Shown: positions 56,591 to 64,000 of the stretch, piece by piece
How the letters are laid out: every line of letters begins with the position of its first letter
Numbering within the stretch: the stretch's first letter is position 1
Assembly (NCBI GenBank): GCA_951406725.2
Contig: OX597817.1
Coordinates: 27,962,001 to 28,026,000 of the forward strand
DNA from: Octopus vulgaris
Lineage: Eukaryota
DNA: 64,000 nt
Direction of reading: 5' to 3'
Notes under the pieces: model-generated
Databases searched by the model: none
What the model saw: the letters and a program-made list of their open reading frames with translations, nothing else
What the model was told of the DNA's origin: nothing
Position numbers and translations under genes: made by a program

Positions 56591-56859
56591 CAGTGTACAT
56601 TTAAACACATTAAGACGTTTCCATCACAGAAATCCTTTACGCTAGAAAGAACAGCTAAAGTCCAAACCACTAATTAGGGATAAATTCTCGAAGGAAATGA
56701 AAATTAAAAACATTTACCATGTATTTTTATTTTTATTTTTTATTTCCTTCGAGAATGTATCCCTAATTAGTGTTTTGGGCTTTCGCTGTTCTTTCTAGCG
56801 TAAAGGATTCCTATGATGGAAACCTCTTAATGTGCTTAAATGTACACTGTATTATATAT
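56581..56859. repeat. Long inverted repeat (~125-130 bp arms, ~20-40 bp spacer)
   Basis: ATATATAATACAGTGTACATTTAAACACATTAAGA...TTCTCGAAGGAAAT pairs with ATTTCCTTCGAGAAT...TCTTAATGTGCTTAAATGTACACTGTATTATATAT, with roughly 9 mismatches by eye. Confidence 0.93.
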
Positions 56860-57019
56860 GAATAATATATAGTCTAATTTTTCTAGGTAGACTGCGTAGA
56901 CTAATTTTTCTATACGCTAGGCTACTGATAGTAAAAATTTCTAAAATCTTTATTACCCTGATATTATTAATTATGAATGTATGTATGCATGTATGTATTA
57001 TGTATGCATGTATGCATGT

Positions 57020-57900
57020 ATGTTGTACAAACTAAGACGCGAGCACTGTAGTCTTTCGTGTCTCTTATGGTTTGATAGCATAACTCGCGATAGATTCTCA
57101 CGTAGGTAAGCGTTAGTACTTTATGTCAAATTTGTAGCCTTTGAGTGTTCTAAGTATGTTAGTGCGTCGTTTTGCTTCCTTTGCCATGTTATCTATGCGT
57201 GTAATGTTAATACTGTTGAGTTGTTAAGTGCTTTTTCTGCTCTTTTCATCTTGTGTGTGGTATATTTTCTTTTGATTGTTGTTGAAACCATCAATTAGGT
57301 GCTTCGTTATTAGATTTTTCTGGGATTTATTTATATCATACGTAAGTTATAAATTCCCTAATTTATCACCTACCTCAGTCGTGTTTGTTCCCTAATTTAT
57401 CACATGCCTCAGTCATGTTTGTTTTGATCTCCTTTGGTGCGAGGGGTTTTAAAATTGCTGTGGAATATTTCTCATTTTCCAGTTTCCTGGGATTTGGTAG
57501 TGTTGACATGTAGCGCTAAAGACGTTAATGAAGGCAATAATTCACACAAACTCAGCGTGTTTTCGGTGTATATTTGACTTGCAGTATTTTCTATTTCTTT
57601 TCTAGTGTACGATTGAAGAAATATGTTGCGGTTTTTTCTCTAAATGAAAAATATTTTTCTTGTATTTAGTTTTGTCATCTTTAGGTGTGGTCTCAAATTT
57701 ATAGTTGTTATTCATTTTTGGTGACTTGGAACATTAGTTGATAAGTGAATTTTGTTGCTGTTTGTATACTGATGTGCTATTTCAGGCTGTTATGACCTGA
57801 AGGGGTCGCAGACTTTCTGAGTTCTTGATACTTCTAATTACTTCATATATATTTTACTTCTCGTTTTGTGTTTTATGACGTGTGCAAGCATTCGTTAATT
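57020..57900 (-). pseudogene. Heavily decayed LINE RT remnant (I/Jockey-like?)
   Basis: Scattered frames CQHYQIPGNWK and IDNMAKEAKRRTNILRTLKG. Many stops. Confidence 0.35.
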
Positions 57901-58934
57901 TTCTGCTCTCTTTTGTTTATTTTCTTTCACCCTTATATCTTTAAAATGAACTCACATGATGGTTTTACATGCATGACGTAGCCTAAACACAAATACACAT
58001 ACTTAAAAACACTGCTTAGAACAGAACACCCTTACGTACGTATGATATTCCGCTCAAACGCATTTATAGACTTATATATACACACATTCATACAAACAAC
58101 TTCACACCTACGTCCCTACACTACTACACTGACACTTTCAAACAGTTCTCATACCCACCTATACATATATATGCGATTTCCTACTCAGAGTAAATCAATT
58201 TCCATCGGCTTCAATGACGAGTATTCTAGTTGCCCAATTAAATGAACAGCTAATTTTTTGTATGTGGTTGAATATTTTACAGATAATTCTGTCCTTTATC
58301 GTAGAACTCTACCCTTTAAATCTTCCCCAAACAGAATCAGAGGGGAGCATTTTTATAATATGACGAACCTATAGGTTCAGGGCCACATATGAAATTCGAC
58401 AGTTTCCACAAGGCTTCAATTAACTTGAAGATCGAATATATACATTTATACAAATATCAACTCTACAGGATTGAATCCGTGACTTCATGGTTGCAAAGGA
58501 AACATTTTAATCACTGTCCCCAGGTATGGTCGAATTTGAAATTTGTATTTCAAACTGGGCTCGTACCCCTCCCCACACACATATATGCAATAGAATACAC
58601 TTAGACACAAGTAATCGTACACATATACAAACATGTATACTGATGTGCACACAAACAAAGGCACTGCTGTTTTCATGTCTAGGAAGGTGCTGACAGCTCA
58701 GACTTCATTTCAACTCTACTTAAGTAGTCTCTCTACTTAATTGTGTAGAGTGGCTCTACAATACACTGGTTTGCAGATGTGCAGTAAACCAATTTATAGA
58801 CGTGCCGTCATGTCTCTCTGGCAATTCAATTACAAGAGTAACCTCTGCTTCTTGGGACAGGTTTGCTTCGGTCTACCTCCCATCAAACGCCTTCAATTTT
58901 ACTCGTCTCCCCACTACTAATCTCCCATATTTTA

Positions 58935-59205
58935 CCAAAGCAGTACTACTACACAACTGCAATAAGAAACCATCCATTCCCATTGGACATTTAGCGCACA
59001 TGAAGGAGTGTTATGAAAACATGCAAGTACTCCTGAATGCCATAAAGTATACAAACTACGGCTGGAAAATATGTGGAGACTTGAAGGAGATTGGAATGTT
59101 GATGGGAATACAATCTGGGTTCACGAAATATTGTTGCTTTTCATGCCTATGGGACAGTCGTGCAACTAACAAGCACTATGTGCTATCAGAGTGGCCTTTT
59201 TACTA
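58935..59205 (+). pseudogene. Chapaev-3-like (CMC) transposase fragment
   Basis: KAVLLHNCNKKPSIPIGHLAHMKECYENMQVLLNAIKY...WKICGDLK.IGMLMGIQSGFTKYCCFSCLWDSRA...HY...WP, recognised from recalled family motifs. Confidence 0.75.
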
Positions 59206-59370
59206 ACCATTCAGTACCGCTACGTCAGAACACCACCTTCGAGAATTCCTTTCTTGAACAAGTTTTACTAGCTACTGTCGACTAGCCATAGTTCCGTAAA
59301 AGAGCAAGCTTAGGATGCCTATGGGAAGCTGAGCACATATCTTTCCTATAGACGAACCTGATGAGATACA

Positions 59371-59595
59371 CGATGGGGTGCTGTAAAGTTCTTGGCTTAG
59401 GGTAAAAGAAAATACAGGAGGATCAGTTAATTATGATTTTATTCAACATATTCCCCCTCAGTTTCACTTATTACAACACTTATTGCAACAGTTCTTCAGT
59501 TTTACTAAGCCCTTTAAAATACGGCAGAGGGGTTGAGCCTCCAGCCACGCCTTTCGTGATGCCCTTAAAGCCAGGAACTTTTCAGTGGCCCCTCG
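59371..59595. mobile_element. Mariner-type MITE
   Basis: TIRs CGATGGGGTGCTGTAAAGTTCTTGGCTT and AAGCCAGGAACTTTTCAGTGGCCCCTCG, with TA after the right end. Confidence 0.8.
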
Positions 59596-59848
59596 TATGT
59601 GTCACACACACACACACATCCATAAACATATACACACATATACACACACTCGCACGTAGGCGCACACACACCTGAACACAAGCACTCACATATACAGATA
59701 TATGTGTACTTGTATACACACATACACACAAACTCACATATACACGCACAGACAGGTACGCATGAACAGATACCCACAGTTCCCCCATAGGTACTTTTCA
59801 AACAACACTCATAAAACCCACACGTTTGTGATACACCTTACACAAGCA

Positions 59849-59884
<36 letters not shown>

Positions 59885-59960
59885 TCCATATACACATTCA
59901 TTCACAAACATAGGGATACACATAAACACACACCCACAAACTCTCACACAAAACACACAT

Positions 59961-60421
59961 ACTCTTTTACTCTTTTACTTGTGTCAGTCATTTGATTGTG
60001 GCCATGCTGGAGCACCGCCTTTAGTCGAGCAAATCGACCCCAGGCCTAGTACTTATTCTTTGTAAGCCTAGTACTTATTCTATCGGAGTCTTTTGCGGAA
60101 CCGCTAAGTTACGCGAACGTAACCACACCAGCATAGGTTGTCAAGCGATGTTGGGGGGACAAACACAGACACACACAGACACACACACATATATATATAT
60201 ATATATACATATATGTATATGTATATATACGTACGTATATATACATACGTATATATACATATATACGACGGGCTTCTTTCAGTTTCCATCTACCAAATCC
60301 ACTCACAAAGCTTTGGTCGGCCCGAGGCTATAGTAGTACACACTTGCCCAAGGTACTACGCAGTGGGACTGAACCCGGAACCACGTGGATCGTAAGCAAG
60401 TTACTTGACACACTGCCACTC
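59961..60421 (-). mobile_element. SINE group A
   Basis: Reverse complement of the group A pattern, with a small internal duplication (GCCTAGTACTTATTCT twice). Confidence 0.9.
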
Positions 60422-61137
60422 ACAGACACATGCATAGTTCAACAAATCTAGTTCTATACTACGATAACAGCACCCACACATACATATGCAGCCCCCAATT
60501 CAAATACTTATGCACGCACACACACACACGCCTTCACACATACCCAAAACACACACACACTTTCAAATTCACAGTTCCTAATTGCACTAATTAGTCCCAT
60601 TCCACTCAAAGCATATTCACACCCACTACGTATTTAAAGCACTTAGGTCCTTCTGTAAAGTAGTTTCTTTTTTAAACGGTACACTTACCTATAGACACGC
60701 TCCCGCACGTACACGCGTCCATGGAAATTCAAGTTCTTCAATACAATTACATGGACACACGTGTTTCCTCACTTCAGTTCATTGACCCACACATATTTCT
60801 ACCCACACAAGCTCATTCATACCCCCACGTCCTCTCAAATATAAACACAAGAGCAGATACAAAAGATATGAATTCATGTACGAAACTGTGGACTAGAAAT
60901 TATAACGGCTTGTGCAACTGCTTCCTGTTACACACCCACTTATTCACCTACACACACACACACTCTCTCTCTCTCTCTGTCCCTACTTGATATATATATA
61001 TTTATATATATATACATATATATATGTATGTATGTATGAATGTATAAAGTATATATATAGTTTATATACATATATTCATATATATATATATATACATATA
61101 GCTTGATTGATAGATACATATGTATATATATATATAT

Positions 61138-61199
<62 letters not shown>

Positions 61200-62339
61200 G
61201 TGCGCACTCGTATGTCTATATGTAGATACATACATAAGTACATACATTCTTATAGGCACGCACAAACTCCTACATACACACATATATAAATATGCAGATA
61301 AATATATATATATATATAGTGCTCTTATGCTCTCAAGCAGGCGCAGACGCTTCCGCTGCTTGAAGTGTTCTCTCAGGTGCCATCATCCATTTTATTCCTC
61401 CATCTTATATTATGTTGAATAATGACAAGGGCGGTCTGTTTGCCTCTTCAACCAACTGACCAAAGTCACACACCTACAATTACGATTATTCGTTACACGC
61501 TATCTGTTTGTTTCTTGCCTCGTTTATTACTGATTAAAATCATTAAGTGCTGTCAACAATCTTCGAACTTGTGTGCATTACAATACAATAATCAACATTG
61601 CACTTAGTAGGTTCACAGACAAAAACAAAAAAACAAAAAAAAAAATTAATCTTTCAAGATAACGTTTGTTTATTATTTAAAGTTTACGAACGATAAAGGC
61701 TTTAATCAGCGTGTCTGTGTTTATGTTCATATTAATGTGAAAGAGTTCTTTCTTTCGCTTTGTCTCTGTCTAACCCACTCCTCTCTGTCACTCTGTCTCC
61801 TTGTCTCTCTCTCTCTCCCTCTCTCTCTCCTTGTAAGCCTATGCATTCACACATATATGCATACGTGTGTGTAATAGAGTGAGTGTATAGGTATATATAC
61901 ATATATATACATATATATTTACATATATATATATATATATATGTACATGCACGCACAGGCATCTATGTGTGTGTACATATATGTGTATATTCATCTGCGT
62001 ATATATATACATATACACATATACATTTATATATACACATACACATACATCAAAAGTAATGATAATGGTTTTGTAAGCTTTCATGTTCAGAACAAACTGC
62101 AAGGAACACTTAGGTAAATATGAAACGAAAAGAACTCCGACAAAGTAAAATCGGAGCACCGTAGATTCTTTGGGGTTTTCGCTTGTTTGTTGTTTGTTTT
62201 AATTTAGGACAAGCACACGCGCGCGCATGCACATAGATACATATATTTATATGTATATGTGTGTATATGTGCATTTATCTTATCTATGTAGAAATTTTTG
62301 TGATTTCACATATACATATGCCACATTCATATATATTTA

Positions 62340-62429
62340 CAATAATCTCTCAACTATTGTGGGTATTAAGTTCCAAAATACCCCGCGATATGTGCAAATC
62401 CGTGAAGTAGAAACAGTAGTGTTCCGTAC

Positions 62430-62508
<79 letters not shown>

Positions 62509-62652
62509 AAGATAGATAGATATTATAATTTCTACATATTTATTTTATTATAAATGCAAGACAACACCACGTAGGAATCTGCGTAAGCTTAAATAATAAA
62601 CCGCGATAGGTGAACAGCGATAGGTGAACCGCGATATGGCGAGGAATTACTG
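62340..62652. mobile_element. Tigger/pogo-type MITE containing (GATA)n
   Basis: TA|CAATAATCTCTCAACTATTGTGG ... CCGCGATATGGCGAGGAATTACTG|TA degenerate TIRs with TA flanks and internal CCGCGATA repeats. Confidence 0.7.
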
Positions 62653-62920
62653 TACTTATAAATGAATATATATGTTTCTCTTTCATCTTTCTTTTTCTCA
62701 CTTGTTTCAGTGATTAGATTGCGGCCACGCTAGAGCATTGTCAGTGAGGATTTTTTGTCGTATTAAATATTTTTTCTCTTAAGCTTAGTACTTATTCTAT
62801 CGCTCCCTTTTTACCGAACCGTTACGGAGACATAGATCACCAATACTGGTGGTCGAGTGACACTATGGTACAAACACAGACAAAAAGACATAGAAACATG
62901 CAAACACACACAGAGATATG

Positions 62921-62960
<40 letters not shown>

Positions 62961-63035
62961 TGCGTGTGTGTGTTTGTGTGTTTGCGAGCATAGAGTGTTT
63001 GAAGTAGTGTACAGTTATTGTATAATTTTTTATTA

Positions 63036-64000
<965 letters not shown>

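Noticed and set aside
59356-59368. CCTGATGAG next to the MITE
   Set aside because: An isolated 7-mer with no partner motif, expected by chance.

Overview
This is AT-rich eukaryotic, repeat-dominated DNA with no recognisable intact host gene. The SINE heads and bodies and the microsatellite load resemble an octopus or other coleoid cephalopod genome (inference). Most ORFs in the supplied track are translated microsatellites or SINEs. Real content: three tRNA-derived SINE groups (several with target-site duplications, TSDs); a decayed Tx1/L1-clade LINE; RTE, CR1/L2 and I/Jockey remnants; R4/Dong-type restriction-like-endonuclease (RLE) LINEs sitting in (TAA)n and (TACA)n repeats; Penelope-like element (PLE) reverse transcriptase (RT) and GIY-YIG fragments; mariner, Chapaev-3-like and MITE DNA elements; and a ~2 kb long-TIR foldback element present twice. 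Most notable are: (i) several type-I hammerhead ribozyme motifs with minimal stem III (palindromic in three), two at the apex of long rod-like inverted repeats; (ii) a PLE whose (AAT)n poly-Asn linker holds two tandem TAA-associated LINE insertions; (iii) a SINE whose 3' tail matches the Tx1 LINE 3' end. All alignments and folds were done by eye, and most boundaries are approximate.
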